A DNA stretch of 63,032 bases, counting the filler, from Olpidium bornovanus S191 (lineage: Eukaryota; Fungi; Olpidiomycota): NCBI GenBank assembly GCA_017911155.1. It is 27 parts of 27 records of this genome, joined end to end, with 100 filler letters (N's around TTAATTAATTAA, not from the genome) between each part and the next. Parts side by side here need not be neighbours in the genome. Positions count along the whole stretch, not along the records: positions 35,429 to 38,703 come from JAEFCI010003951.1; positions 38,804 to 41,277 come from JAEFCI010010324.1; positions 41,378 to 43,075 come from JAEFCI010000947.1; positions 43,176 to 46,410 come from JAEFCI010009894.1; positions 46,511 to 48,655 come from JAEFCI010009038.1; 22 more parts are not named here. One strand, 5' to 3'. Under the pieces are notes generated by a model. The model saw only the letters and a program-made list of their open reading frames with translations. It was not told the origin of the DNA and searched no databases. The translations under genes were made by a program, and so were the position numbers. Shown piece by piece: positions 35,429-48,594 of the stretch (position 1 is its first letter; each line of letters begins with the position of its first letter).

Positions 35429-36963
35429 CATGTTCAGGAACGACGATCCGGATAGGCAGTTGTTAGTAAGTCGAACGAGAACATATGTCGTTGTCGGCGC
35501 GCGTGGCCGGACGCGAGAACTTCGCTGTGCAATACTCACCGTGGCGCTTTTCCTGCGACGGGCTGCGACAGCTGCTTTCAGCAGCACGAAAGCAGTTCGC
35601 GGAAGGAGGAGACCGCATCAAGTACACCCTGCCGACGATAGTGTTTGAGTCTCTTAAACTGGCAAGGCGGTACAGGAATTTGGAGGGGAAGGTGGGTCAC
35701 TGGGGCACTAGTCCTAAATCAATTTATATTAGCCCGGACGCACATATGTATATCCCTGACCTTCTGGCAATTTGCTGAACGTTGGAAAAAAAAAAAAAAA
35801 GGACGAGAGCTGGGAGAAGAAGTGCACGACGCTTTTCCGGTTCATCCACCAAGTCATCTCGGTGTTGTATTCGAAGGCGGAGAGCAGCGAGATGAGCTTT
35901 CGTCTCTTCCTTGCCACCGGCCAGAGCGCGGACGAGTGCGGGTTTGAGGAGATCGCGTACGAGTTCTTCGTGCAGGTACGACTCCCCGTGGAATTCCCGC
36001 CGTTGCCCGTACGGGGTGCTTCTCGTAAATGTCGAACCTCACCGGCGTCCGTTCATTTTTTTTTCCGCCTCAAAAGGCCTTTACAATATACGAGGACTCG
36101 ATATCGGAGTCCAAGGCACAGTTCACGGCGATGACACTCCTGATCGGCGCGCTGCAGTCGACGAGCGTGTTCTCGACCGACAACTACGACACACTGATTA
36201 CCAAGTGCGCTCTGCACGCCTCGAAGCTGCTCAAGAAGCCCGACCAGTGCCGGGCGGTGTATCTGTGCAGCCACCTGTTCTGGGCTACTCCTGACCTCGC
36301 CGCAGCCAACGGCCGGAAAAAGGGCGGTCCGACGGAAAGCGGGGGCGCGGCAGAGGGGGGGACGGTGGGTCTCTTCTCGTTTATGTGGGGATGTAAGGCA
36401 TTTTGGGAAACGACGAGGGTCGAGGCTGAACGGTGGCGGGGTTGCGCAGGCGTACCGGGATGGCAAAAGGGTTTTGGAGTGCCTGCAGAAAGCGCTGAAG
36501 ATCGCGGACTCGTGCATGGACGCCTTGTCAAACGTGGAGCTCTTCGTAGAGATCCTCAATCGATACATATACTATTACGAGAAGCGGAACGAGGCGGTGA
36601 GGACGCGGGCGCGGAAGCCGACACGTTCTTCCCGGGCGGTGCCCCGAACCCGCTTGCAGCGCTGACTTTTGCGGTTCTCCCCGCCGAAAGGTCACGGTCA
36701 AGTACCTCAACGGCCTGATCGATCTCATCAACACAAACCTGGGCAACGTGGAGACGGCGGACGCGGTCGCTCAACCCGGGACGTCGTCGTCGTCAGCGCT
36801 GGTCGAGCACCCCGCCGGCGGCAGCTTGACCGAATACGTGCACCGGCATTTCCGCAACACCGTCGCCCACCTGCAGGCCCGCAAGGAGCAGCGCCGCGGC
36901 GGCGGCGGCGCCGACCGGCCGAGTTACGACGAGGTGGACATATTGTCCGTCCTCGAGCGATAG
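35429..36963 (+). CDS. VPS35: Retromer subunit Vps35 (C-terminal exons)
   Basis: [28 protein letters not shown] / [66 protein letters not shown] and [13 protein letters not shown]. Confidence 0.95.
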
Positions 36964-38803
36964 CGGAGGGGGAGCGAATTTGTCTGTTCGCAGTCGTCTG
37001 GGCCGTCACGTTTTCTAGCATTTTATCGGGTTAAAAAGAACAGTTAAAAAAAGACAAGAACTGGGGAGAAGGAGGGGTGGGGGGGCAGACTGGGAGAGAG
37101 AGAGGGCGAAGAGGAGGGAAAAAAAAGTATGGCGGGAAAGCCGCGAAAAACGGGGAAAGACAAGGAGAGAGCGCGAAGAGCGCGAAGGAAAAAAAAACGT
37201 CGTGGGGAACGCCGCGAGTTCTTCGCATTTTCGCAGGAAAGTGGCGGAGAAATCAAGTTGGCTCCGCCGCCGGGCGTACATCGGCCAGCACGCGGCGTAA
37301 CGCGGGGGTAACCAACCGTGATGCGTCGGGGGGACCAATCCCGGGGGGTTGTCGGGACAAGCGCCGCCGGTCAAACATCGCTGATTTTTCTTTTCCCGTA
37401 CGAACAAGGAATCCCAGCCCGCCCTTCTTCCCCCCCCCCCTCCCTTCCCCCACTCCCCGTTCTCGTCCCGCGCGCAGCGCACCCGCCCGCACAATGTGCT
37501 TTTGACTGCTGTGCGTGCCCACGCAGGCGTTTTTTTTTCCGCCCTCGAAAGGCGAGCGGACAGAGCAGGCGGGCGCCTGGATCCTCCCCTCTCCCCCCGA
37601 GATTTCCCTACACACACACCCCTCCCTCCCCCCCACCCCCCGGGCCCAGAAGGGGGCTGGCCGGCTCCGGCAAAGCCCGGTTGTCGTCTCGGCCCAGACT
37701 ATCGCGGACTGATCTGTTTTCCGACTTCTGCTCCGCAAAATAAAAATCCCTGCCCCCCCCCCGGCGGTGTCACTCACGCCACGGTACTTTCCGAAAACTT
37801 TTTTTTTGGTTTTGTCTTTTTTTTTTTGCTCCCCGCGACCTCTTAATCCTTGTCCCTGTGACTTGAACGTTCTGCTGCGCAAACAGCTCATGGTCTCCTT
37901 ATTCCTCCGGAGTTGCCGCGCTGTGTTTGTTGATTTTTTTTTTTTGTTTCTTTTTTGGTTGTTTGTTTTTTTTTTTTTTCTGTTTTCCTTTTGTTTTCTT
38001 CTTTTTTTGTTTGTTTGTTTTGTTCGTTTGTTTTTGATTTATTTTTATTTTTTTTTTCAGCATTTGCCCTCGCAAATTGTGATTTTGGAGGAGGTCGAGC
38101 CCGACTTCGTGGAAAACGAACGGAGAACAACAGAAAAAAAAAAAGTAAATAAATAAAATAAAATAAAATAAAACAAAAACCTCACAACAGAATCCTTCTC
38201 CGCGTCGGGGCCGAAGGAGGCCCCTGGCGCAGCGGCACCACCGCGCTCCAGCTCCATTTCCCCTTTTGTCCCTTCGCGGTAGAAATCCCTCCCTGCCCGG
38301 GCCGCCTTATCGAACAGGCCCGGAGTCAGCCACAGCCTGAACCCAGACAAACAGACAGGAGTTCTTTGTACGGGCCTCTCCTTCTCGTGTCCGTGACGAC
38401 CCCCGGCGGCGCTCCACTTCTCGGCTCCCAGCACAACGCGGCCGTCTCGGTCGGACGTGGGGGGGGGGGGCAAAATTGCCGGGCGGAACAAACGAGAGAA
38501 ACGAGAGAAAACAGACAGGCGCCTTCCGCTGGATTCCCCTCCCGCGCCTGACAAGAAACCACCACCCCCCCCCCCCCCCCCCCCACACCCCCGCCCCCCC
38601 CCCCCCCCCGCCCCAAAGAAAAAAAACCCTTGCGGGAAAAAAAAAAAAAAAAAAAGAAAAAAGAAAAAAACACGTCTCTCCGGAATTATATGATGCACAT
38701 CGANNNNNNNNNNNNNNNNNNNNNNNNNNNNNNNNNNNNNNNNNNNNTTAATTAATTAANNNNNNNNNNNNNNNNNNNNNNNNNNNNNNNNNNNNNNNNN
38801 NNN

Positions 38804-39750
38804 CATGTCGAAACGCTTTTGCGTGCTGAGGCGCTTTTGTTCTGCGAACGATGGATCCTGACGTCGCAAACCACCCCGCGCCTGAAGGCTTTCCCGATCT
38901 CCCTAAGGGCGCAGTGTCGAACGCGCCGTACACAGTCGTCTTCAAACAGGCGGCGGACGTGACGTTGCTCGTGTTGGAGAGTCTGAACGGACTGGAGATG
39001 ATCAGGGACGCTGTATGCATTTTTTTTTTCTTTTCCCTCGTCATTTCCTTGCGCTGGCTGCCGTAATAATCCGAAATGCGTTAATCTTTGCCTCAACGAC
39101 TAACCGTGGCGTACTACGTTACCTTGCCAGGCCCGCTTCACGTTCGCACGCCTATCTAACGCGCTGGGTTCAGCGATCGTCCCGTACATCCCACCGCTGA
39201 TCACCTCGCTGCTGGCTGACTGCCACGCTGCGGAGCTCGTGGACTTTCTTCCGTTTACGGGATTGCTCGTTCACCGGTTCTCGCCGGACATTGCGCCGAC
39301 GTTAAGCGGATTGCTGGTACCCCTTGTGGAAAGAGTGTTCGTGTTCTTAAACACAACGCCGTCGGGGACAGACGAGGCGGTGCTGCTGAACGATCTAAAG
39401 AAGTCGTACCTCAACTTTCTCGGCGGCATCTTCAACGCGGAACTGGAGGGTATCTTCGTTAACGACGGTAAGAACCTGAACGATTTTCGAAATAATTTAG
39501 TCAAGCACGGTGCGACCTCTCATTCCTCTGTTCATATCTGGCTTCTACCGTTCTGTAGCGAACATGTCCTACCTGAACACCATCCTGCAGTCTGTTCTAC
39601 ACTATGCGACAAATGAGCAGGACATTGCAACAGCCAAGCTCGCCTTCAGCGTCATAAACAAGATGGTGGCGGCGTGGGGTGGGGGCACAACGTTCGCGGA
39701 AGAGGCACAAAAGGCTCTGAAGGCCCATAACCAGAAATCTGGCAAAGGTG
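38804..39750 (+). CDS. LOS1: Exportin-T (tRNA exportin), C-terminal region
   Basis: IRDA/ARFTFARLSNALG..VPYIPPLI, ELVDFLPFTGLLVHRF, PSGTDEAVLLNDLKKSYLNFL..IFN and LNTILQSV...AKLAFSVINKMVAAWGG. Confidence 0.75.
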
Positions 39751-41094
39751 CGTCGGCGTGCGGCGGATCGGGCCATTTAAAAAGCTTTTCAAGAGCAACA
39801 CGTTAGCTGTCACATGGCCTTAAACCGTATCGAAATTGCTAGCTTCCACCTGAAGGCCGGCGGCTGCTATGTCGCCACGACTTGCTTGATTTTCCGCCGG
39901 CCATGGGGTGGTTATGCTGAGCATGAGATGGCCGTTTATACGATTTGTATACTGTACATACAACGAGACCGCGTTCACGTGGAGGGGGCCCCACTCTAAA
40001 AAGTGAATTATGCACGGAACACCTCCGGAATCAAACGTCTCAATTGTCTGGGGGGTGCGCGTGCGCGAAAAGAACGTAGCGCACGGGATGTTTTCCGAAG
40101 TAGATTTGCAAGGTATCACCTGTTCGCCGCGCAAACTATGCCAACGCTCCGGAGAGGACGGATTTCTGTGGGGGCGCTATGTCCGGCCGAACCGCTGGCA
40201 CGCGCACGTGGCAGGTTTATCCTGACTGTGTCCGACGCATCTTGAGAATTCCAGCTATGCTGATCGCCGTGCTCGGGCGTGCTTCCCCAGCAGTGCAAGG
40301 TTTTTTGCACTTGGGTAAGCTCTCCCCCGGCTCGAGGGCGCGGTAGGCCCGTTTGCTTTCAGTCAGCATTCAGCAGTAGTGAAACCCCTTACCGGTCGGA
40401 CTCGGACGAAATGCACACAACAAATAAAACGCAAAGGGGTTACGAGCCCGGCTCGACTCCTCTGACAGCCTTCAAACGCCTCCGCCGCGACCATCAGCGC
40501 CGCCGCGTTCTGCCCGGCCTCTAAAACAGGGGCGCCCTTCTTTTTTGCCCCACCGGTAATACTTTGAGCTTCGATTATGTGTACCGCCCTCGCGGCAGCA
40601 CCTCAGCCTGTGACAAATTCTCACCGGAAAGCTTGCAAATCGCAAAATTTTTGGCACAGATGTGTCTACCGTCCGGCGTTAACCAAACATCATTGCCCAA
40701 CATCAAAGCTCCGCCCGCAAAATCGCGCTTCGCATACGCCCAACTCTTGTCGGATATCTCGATTGATTTTTTTTTTTGTTTTGTTTTGCATAACTAAGTC
40801 CAAGTTCGCAGTGAAGCAGAGGAGCCATGGATTGGAGTTTGAATATAATGCTGCTGTGGAATACAATGCCACAAGCGCAGCCTGTCGTCGTAACGTGAAG
40901 GATGCTCGCTGTTTACCATCGCCACGGCATGGGAAATTTGCTCTCCGGAACGTGCTTCACAGAAAAAGAAGCTGCCCAAACGTGGACGTGAGCTTGCCAA
41001 GGCGGTTTGCCCTGATGCAAGCTCTCTTTACGCACGGCGTCCTCAATTGTTCCTTATTTTTTTCGCGACGGAAAAGTTAAGGCGTCTGGGCCGC

Positions 41095-41277
<183 letters not shown>

Positions 41278-41377
41278 NNNNNNNNNNNNNNNNNNNNNNN
41301 NNNNNNNNNNNNNNNNNNNNNTTAATTAATTAANNNNNNNNNNNNNNNNNNNNNNNNNNNNNNNNNNNNNNNNNNNN

Positions 41378-42561
41378 GCCTCGTAGTTAAGCAACCAAGA
41401 GATTAAACTGGACTGTATAAGCCTTGGCAGTCGTCGTCTGTCGAAGGTGCCGTAGCTTGCGGCTTGCCTCCTCGGCCTCTTGATGTCCGTGATCAAAATG
41501 AAAGCGGAGGAGATTGTTCATCCCCGACCACGACGGGTCACCGCCTGCATCGAGGTGCGCATACCAGAGCGCCTCTGGTGTCTTGAGTAGCTTGTTGGCG
41601 GCAAGATGAGGTTGGAATGGGGCAGAGATCGATGCAAAGGTGAAGTAAGCATCGAGTTTGCGAAAGAACAGCCTAAGCGATTGTGGGGCCCCACTGCCAT
41701 CAAACTTCTCAATCTCCGAAAGCATCTGCCGGGGAGCAGTGTCATCATGGGGTGAGGACGAAGGTGTGGTAGGTGTATCATATCCCCGGGGGGCCTTGTA
41801 GGGCGTTGGAGTTGGTTGTCCCGTCGAGGAATCTCCGAAATCTGAACCAGGGAAAGTTGTAACGAGGCGGTGTGGAGTCGAGAAGACGGCTGTTTTAGAT
41901 CTCATCTTGTCTTTTCCTTTGTCGGTGGGGGGGTCCCGGTCCCGGTCCCTGTCCCGGTCGACAATCCCACGCTCTCCGTCGCGTTCATTGGCAAAGGACA
42001 TAGTTTGGCTGAGCTTGTCGGTAGGCGGTGGCGGCGGCGGCAGTGAGCGCCTGCGGTGAGCGCCGGTGTGCGAAGCGGCAACGGCTAGAGCGGTGGCGAG
42101 CGAGCCGGTGAGCGGCAGAAAGCAGCGGCGGCGGCGGCGGCCGGTGGCGGCGGCGGCGGGGGCCGGTGGCGGCGGCGGCGGCGGCCGGTGGCGGCGGCGG
42201 CGGCGGCCGGTGGCGGCGGCGGCGGCGGCCGGTGAGCGGCGGCAGCGGCGGCCGGTGAGCGGCGGCAGCGGCGGCGGAGGGGCTCGGCGACGGCGGCGCA
42301 GCTCGGAGACAGCGGCGCAGCTGAGTGAGGGCTGCGGAATCCTGACCACTGGACGACGACGGCGAGCTCGGGGCCAAAGGCGAAGCCGAGCTTGGCGAGG
42401 GGGGGTGCCGGCGGCCGTCAGGTCCGAGTTGGGCTCATAACCTGTTGGTTTTGTGGTTTTCCCCTCCGTGAGAGACGGCAGTTTATTGGGAGATTTACGC
42501 GTTGTAGTACAGAGAACATTCAGGGGTTCCGAGGAGGCCTCCGGATTCTCCGGGTTCAACA
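41378..42561 (-). mobile_element. 5' end of a short-LTR retrotransposon: LTR 42561-42443, PBS 42442-42431, GC-rich leader, gag
   Basis: TGTTGAACC...AACCAACA (119 bp), GGTTATGAGCCC, a leader with CTCACCGGCCGCCGCC repeats, then gag SEIEKFDGSG..FFRKLDAYF..W..EEASRKLRHLRQTTTAKAYTVQFN. Confidence 0.85.
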
Positions 42562-43075
42562 CGCGCTAGAAAAACGAAGCGCATCGGGTAATGGCGCCGA
42601 CTCAGTGTAAAAAGCACAAAGCTGGGCGGCGTTCACACTCCACGTTCGACTGGTTTGTGGGTCACGGAGGCGGTAGACGTTATCGAAACGGCGCGCTTCG
42701 ACGAGAAATGGCCTGACCACTTGCGGTCGAGTTTCCGTGACGGGTTGTTGGGCGAGAGGTGCGATCCCTGTGGGTCGTAAAGGAGGACGTACGAACCCTC
42801 GGGAAAAACAGCGTCAGCCGCATTATGGTAGCGGTCGTGGAACGTTTTAGACGACTCAGCTAAACGACGAAGCTGAGAACGAACGATATCATGCGCGTGA
42901 CGCAGATTGCCAGTGATGTGCGTCTTATACACGTGGAGATCTCGATCAATGTCATCCATCGAACCGAGAAGGACGTTCCACGGCAAGTGCGGGTCTCTTC
43001 CGTAGACGAGGAAGAACGGCGTTTCGTTGAGTCCTGCGTGCGGGGTCGTGCGGTACGCAAAAAGAACGGACTCAA
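42562..43075 (-). mobile_element. Degenerate Ty3/Gypsy integrase C-terminal region
   Basis: FAYRTTPH..NETPFFLVYGRDPHLP, GSYVLLY..KLDRKWSG/PFLV..NVYRL. Interrupted by the LTR at 42561. Confidence 0.8.
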
Positions 43076-43461
43076 NNNNNNNNNNNNNNNNNNNNNNNNN
43101 NNNNNNNNNNNNNNNNNNNTTAATTAATTAANNNNNNNNNNNNNNNNNNNNNNNNNNNNNNNNNNNNNNNNNNNNCCCCTCCTTCCCTCTCACACGGTGG
43201 CCGCTCGCCGTCATGCGTGTGGCGGGTCCGCCGAGAAAGACCGCAGACTGAGGTGCAAGGCGGGTTCTCTTTGCACGAAGACGTTTGTTTAGCTTTGGAG
43301 CTCGGGGAAGATGCGAGAGGGTATGGTAGGGGAGATGGCCGGTGGTGTGTTCTGTTTACCGGTCGTCGGTGCCGGCGGGGTGTCCTGATTACCGGTCGCG
43401 GCGGCAGCGCCGGTGAGGGGGGTGGCGCTATTTCTAGGGGGGGGCTACCACCGCCGGCGAG

Positions 43462-45934
43462 TTGGGGACCACCTGCGACAACACCCGGGCGGCACAGTCC
43501 GCCACTCTGGACCACACAATGGAGGCACAGTCCGCCGGCGGCGGCACAGCCCGTGACATGCGTAGGCCGCGGCGCTACCTGCTCTATCGGTTCCCTCCCC
43601 GGGAAGAAATCGATTTGCACCGCAGCGATGGGGCCGACGACGACCCGTCTGGTGCCGAACACCCGGAAGCGACGTCCGCCGAAGCCGCCAGCAGTCGCTG
43701 CGTCAGAGGGAAACACCGGGCGCAGCGTGTAGTCCACTTGGCAGAGGTCTCGGCGGACGGCGGCAAGCTCGAAGTCAGCATCGCCTCCGCAGACTGTCCG
43801 GAGCGTGGATACCGCCCGGCGGTCTACAACTTCCCGGCGGCCTACAACTTCCCGGCGGCCTACGACTTCCCGGCGGCCGGAGAGGCGTCCGACGCAGCAC
43901 GGCACGACGGGAGGGGCGATGCGGAAGAGCAAGCGGACGAAGGAGGCGACGGCGACTTCGTGCTGGAGTACTCGGAGGTCCGCCTGGCTGCGAGCGAAGA
44001 CCAGCCGGTTTTCCTTACTCCATCTCCAGGCCCACGTCCCCCCGACGTTTTGGCAACCGCAGGCGCGGAAACGCCGCAGCTACCACCATCACCGTCTGCT
44101 CACGCGCCTGGTGCGTATCCCGCGTAACAAAGGTGTGCCAGGCTGCGGGCCATTACGTCTGAGAGTCTGACGTGTGTGTGACAGACATTGTCTTGTCGTC
44201 GATGCCCCTGTCGAACGAACTACTCGAGCAGGCGGTTGCGACGCAGCCGGCGCTACCAGAAACTGTCCAGCCGGCGTCGAGCAACGGCGAACCGCAAGGG
44301 GCCCTCTCGGGAGAGGTCGACATGGCTAGCGGCAGTCAGCTCCGAACCTTGAGGATCACCAACGTCCGGAAGATCAAATCGTCTGCGGCGGGAGTCGTCG
44401 GTAACTTGCTATGCATTGTAACGGACGTCCAGGAAACGCAGCCGGTCGGCGCAGGGTACCTTGGAGAGCCAGTGCCGGTGTGCGCTGTCTGGAAACCCCC
44501 GATGCAGTTCGCCATGCTGACTGTTGCCGACTTGACCGATACTCGCCATACTCCCGAGAAGAACCAGACTGGCAAGAGGCGCCGGCTGTCATCACCTAGT
44601 GCCGCATGGCTGAGCGTCACTCTGTGGGGCTACGCCGCGAATTGGGTAACCTCTCAAGCTATTGAAGGGCCGACTCTGAGGAACGAGTGTATTAGAAGAG
44701 GGGATATTATTATCCTTCGAGGTGCGGCAGAAATCCTGTCATTATCGGCAGTCGTTGATTTGTCTCTTCCGTGGGGCTTATTCAGATGCGTCTTCGTGAT
44801 CAAGGTGTTGAGTCCAGAATATTTAGGGGGCGTGTCAGTGCCACCGTCCGCGTTGCTCGCGGGTGGAGGCCAATGGTGCTCCATCGCGTTATCACCTTGA
44901 ACGCCGGCAAGAATTTAAGTTGTTCAATTTGCTCGAACGTCAACGCGTAGCAACTAAAATTTCTGCCCGTTTGCAAAACAACGTTCAGCGGGAAATGTCG
45001 TTGTCAACGCTGAACCATCGCCGCAACTAGAAAAGCACCGGCCGGTCTTTGCTAGAGTAAAAAGGCTGATTGCTTGGGCCAAGGAAGAGATGTCGTTTGG
45101 CTACTACCAAGGTGATGTCGTACGAAACGGTAGGGATACTGCCATCAGGCTCGCGCTGAAACCGCCACGGTAACGGAACGTTCACGTTTGACGGATGCTT
45201 TCATGACGGCGGCGGGCCGTCAAGCTCATCTTGTAATGCCCGGAGTTAGTTCGAACGGCGGGGAAGAAGTCTCAAAATCTGAGGACTCTGAGTTTGCTGA
45301 CCTGGAGGACTTAATTTGCAGTGGTTACAAAGGTATCTGCGGTTTCTGAGTCACAGGTGGTCGTTCGGTGCTGCAAATACGCCTCATTCCAACACTGACG
45401 CGCAACGCTGTGCTTGCAGGGACCGCGGTCACCAACATCTTCTTCGCAGCTGCATGTCATCCGTCACCCGAATGCCCGGTTGTTACTGCGTGCAAGGCCT
45501 GTGATGCGGAAGTGCACTCGGACTCCAACGGGATCTACTGTCACCGCCCAGTGGACTGCCAGGCACCTGGCCGCCCAGGTGCCTTGGACCTCCGGCCCGA
45601 GCTTGAATGGCGGTACCGACCGTTCGGCGCGTTTGTTCGTCTTCCGGAGCTCCGCCCTGCTTGCGGCCGGTCGGGAACGTCCGGCGCGCTTGCCGAATGC
45701 CCCGTCCGCGAGGGTGACTCTCTTCTCGCGGTGCTTCTGACCCCCTCCGCCGTCCGCGACCTGTTCTGCGTACACCCGAACGCGTTCTCTTTGTCCGCAG
45801 ACCCGCGGCGTCGACGCCGGTACCTGGCGATTTTTGCCCGGCTCCTCCGTGCGCTAAACGTTTCCAGCAGCAAGAGCCTCCGTGCTCGCCTGCGCATCGT
45901 TGCCGGCGTCCCGCACATATTGAGCGTCATTTGA
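43462..45934 (+). CDS. Multi-OB-fold ssDNA-binding-type protein with C-terminal Cys cluster (SHLD2/RPA1/POT1-like), multi-exon
   Basis: VVGNLLCIVTDV..AMLTVADLTD..LSVTLWGYAANW..RRGDIIIL (OB fold), FARVKRLIAWA, and VVTACKAC..IYC..DC..EWRYRPF. Exon structure is approximate. Confidence 0.55.
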
Positions 45935-46551
45935 GCGTTGCAGATTCGTGGCGCAACCGCTCCTAACCAGCTACACGGGTTCGAAATGTTTACAAGAGCC
46001 ACGAATGTCGGTCCACACTGCGGAATTGTGCGGGCAGTATTTGCTGCTGCCCCCTGCTCGTCGAGGTGCAGTGCGCGGCGAGATAATGCGTCTAAGCGCA
46101 GCGCTTCACTGCGAAAATTGGTGTGCAATGTGGTTCAGGGCAAGCGACGTTCGTTGTGATTTCATTTCATGACCGCACATGGAGCGCGGAAAGGGGTATT
46201 GTTTCAGTAGACGCCGGGCGTCTTGAGGGCGGCGCGGACGTCTGTTCAAGAAGCCCATGATCCCATTTTTTTTTATTGCAAGCTTGTTTTCATGATGCTT
46301 GCATAATGAACTACAGCGCCGTCGGCTTGGGTTTTCCGAACGGTTGCGGAGTAGCTCCGCGAGGTTCAGGAAACCATTGAAAGAACAAGAAAGCCGAAGC
46401 TGCTCGCGGCNNNNNNNNNNNNNNNNNNNNNNNNNNNNNNNNNNNNNNNNNNNNTTAATTAATTAANNNNNNNNNNNNNNNNNNNNNNNNNNNNNNNNNN
46501 NNNNNNNNNNAACTTGGGGGGGGGGGAAGGGGGGGGGGGGGGGGAAGGGGC

Positions 46552-46587
<36 letters not shown>

Positions 46588-47709
46588 GCTGCAACCCAAA
46601 GGCGGTTCGCATGGCGACTGTCCCCCGAATCACATTTGCCTGCGACAAGCGTCTGTTGTCGCCTCCCGCGGCGCCCTCCCGAAATTAGCACGCGGGAACT
46701 CGAAGGTCGGGGAGGTCGATGTGCTGACCGATGCTGCCTTTTTTTCCCCTGTTGTTTTTGAATACCGCTGCTGTGTCCACGGGTTTTCGCTACTCCCCGC
46801 GCGCGATTAACTTTGCCTTGCGCGGGGCCCGACGCTTCCCCCACCGCTCTCTTAGGGTCCCTCGTTCTTCATCTGCGCTAAGATTCTTGGAACCTCCGTT
46901 CCCCTCTATTTCATCGGCAGGGCAGGGGAATTGCGCCGCCCGCAGCGGGATATAAGCACTTCCCCCTTGTTCTAAGAGACGTCCCCGAGGTTTCCGCCCG
47001 CTCGCTCCATCGCCGTTGACACTCGCACGTCCCACAACCGGGCGGACAGTACTCGGGGAACGAAGGGGGAAGTGGAAAGGGGGTAGGGTTTAGCAGCCGG
47101 GCGTGCTCGTTTAATTCGATGAGGGGCCTGGCCCATCGTCCGCGGCCACTTGCCCCGGGAAACTCGAAAGACCCGACGCGACATTTAACGGGGGCGAAAT
47201 GGCCCCGGTCGCGCATCGTGATATGGGCGTTGTAGTCATCATCCGTCAGGTCTCGATTTCGCAGGATCCGTGCCCCCGCGATTCAGCATTCTTGCTCGCA
47301 AGCATCCTTTCGACGGAAAGGCCTTCGCCGACCATCAAATTGTCATAAACACCTCGCTCCTAGCAGCAGGCAGCGATCGAACACCGGCGAACTGACGTAC
47401 AATATATCGTTACTTGGCATCAGACTGACAAACAAGGCCTTGCCAAACTGAAAAGATTTTGTCCAAACTCTGTCACTTGCTTATGCGTCACAGTGATTCC
47501 TCCCCGCGGTTCTCAATTGTCGACGGTATCCGCCCACGCCGATGTCGCACGCCCCAATTAGCGGTCGTGCCGAGTGAGGTCGGCGGGAAAACCGCCAGTC
47601 CGGCAAAGAGAAACAGGTCTTTCCCGAATCGCAAACAGGGCAAAGGCGCCATCCGCACCCGGCCTTCGGAACCGGTCGACGCCATGGATAACGAGCACCC
47701 GCAGGTTTA

Positions 47710-48594
47710 TTATCGCCTGTGTGAGCCAGCATTTCCGCCGTTTGAACCATTTTTCCTCTCCTTCACGCGTTCCTTAAAAATCTTCTCCCTCTCGCGCAAG
47801 TCGGAAAACTCGGTAAACCGCGAGTCTCGCTTGTGTTTGCGATAGAACTCATCGAATCTCGGCTGACGCAGTCCCGTAAAGCCGGAAAGAAACTCCTTCA
47901 CGAGGGCGCAGTAGTCGGACAGGGCGTCCTTGGGTTTTCGAACAGGAACCGCATACGTTGGAGACGAGTCAGGCCAAGCCGCACACCAAGGCGAGATAGG
48001 TGACCAACGCCGGAAATCGCGGACCCGCGGGGAATTCACCTTCTGCTTTATTTCCTTTTCGCGTCGGAGTTCGACCGCCCGCACTTGGCAATACTCGTCG
48101 AACAGCGCTTTCCGTTCTTTTAACGTGGGGATCACTGGGACCGGGTTGGACATCAGCACCCGCGTTTACATTTTCTGAGAAATGCGCCAACTCAAACTCT
48201 GTCTGGTGTCCTCACGGCTATATCGACGGTCGTGAATGATGCGCGGAAGTTCTTTTTGCCACAACGAGAACGGAGATACGTCCAGATCTCTGAATATTTG
48301 CTGCGAAGGAAAGGGCAGTATCAGCAAATCGACGAAAACTTCAAACTTTGGCGCAAAAAAACCCCCCCGGCGCAGAAAATATACCAAGAATGCCTGGTTT
48401 TTCTCTTCTGCGGCCATCAAACCTGGATCGCTCGGAACGGACGGCTTTCGGTCTTCCCGCACAGGAGAGCCGTTCCGGCGATCGCCAGACGGACGTCCCG
48501 CATCGACCGGTGGCTGTTCGCCTGCGAGTTCTTCCGGAAACTCGTTCTCCTCTTCCATGCATTGCAACTGAAACGCAATATCGTCTTCGGTCAA
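47710..48594 (-). CDS. TCERG1: TCERG1/CA150-like FF-domain protein (internal exons)
   Basis: TEDDIAFQL, NQAFL / FRDLDVSPFSLWQKELPRIIHDRRY, TLKERKALFDEYC and FYRKHKRDSRF..REREKIFKE. Confidence 0.7.

Noticed and set aside
37000-38703. Gene downstream of VPS35 on the minus strand
   Set aside because: Exon-like pieces exist between homopolymer-rich introns, but I could not join them in a consistent frame or assign a family.
40438-40449. GGTTACGAGCCC as another half-tRNA PBS
   Set aside because: It has one mismatch and is followed by a GC-rich stretch, but no TG...CA LTR with family motifs can be delimited upstream. Too weak to call.
41387-42562. 391-aa ORF as a single protein
   Set aside because: The N-terminal half is LTR, PBS and GCC-repeat leader that is open by chance. 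Only the part from about 42000 downward looks like gag.
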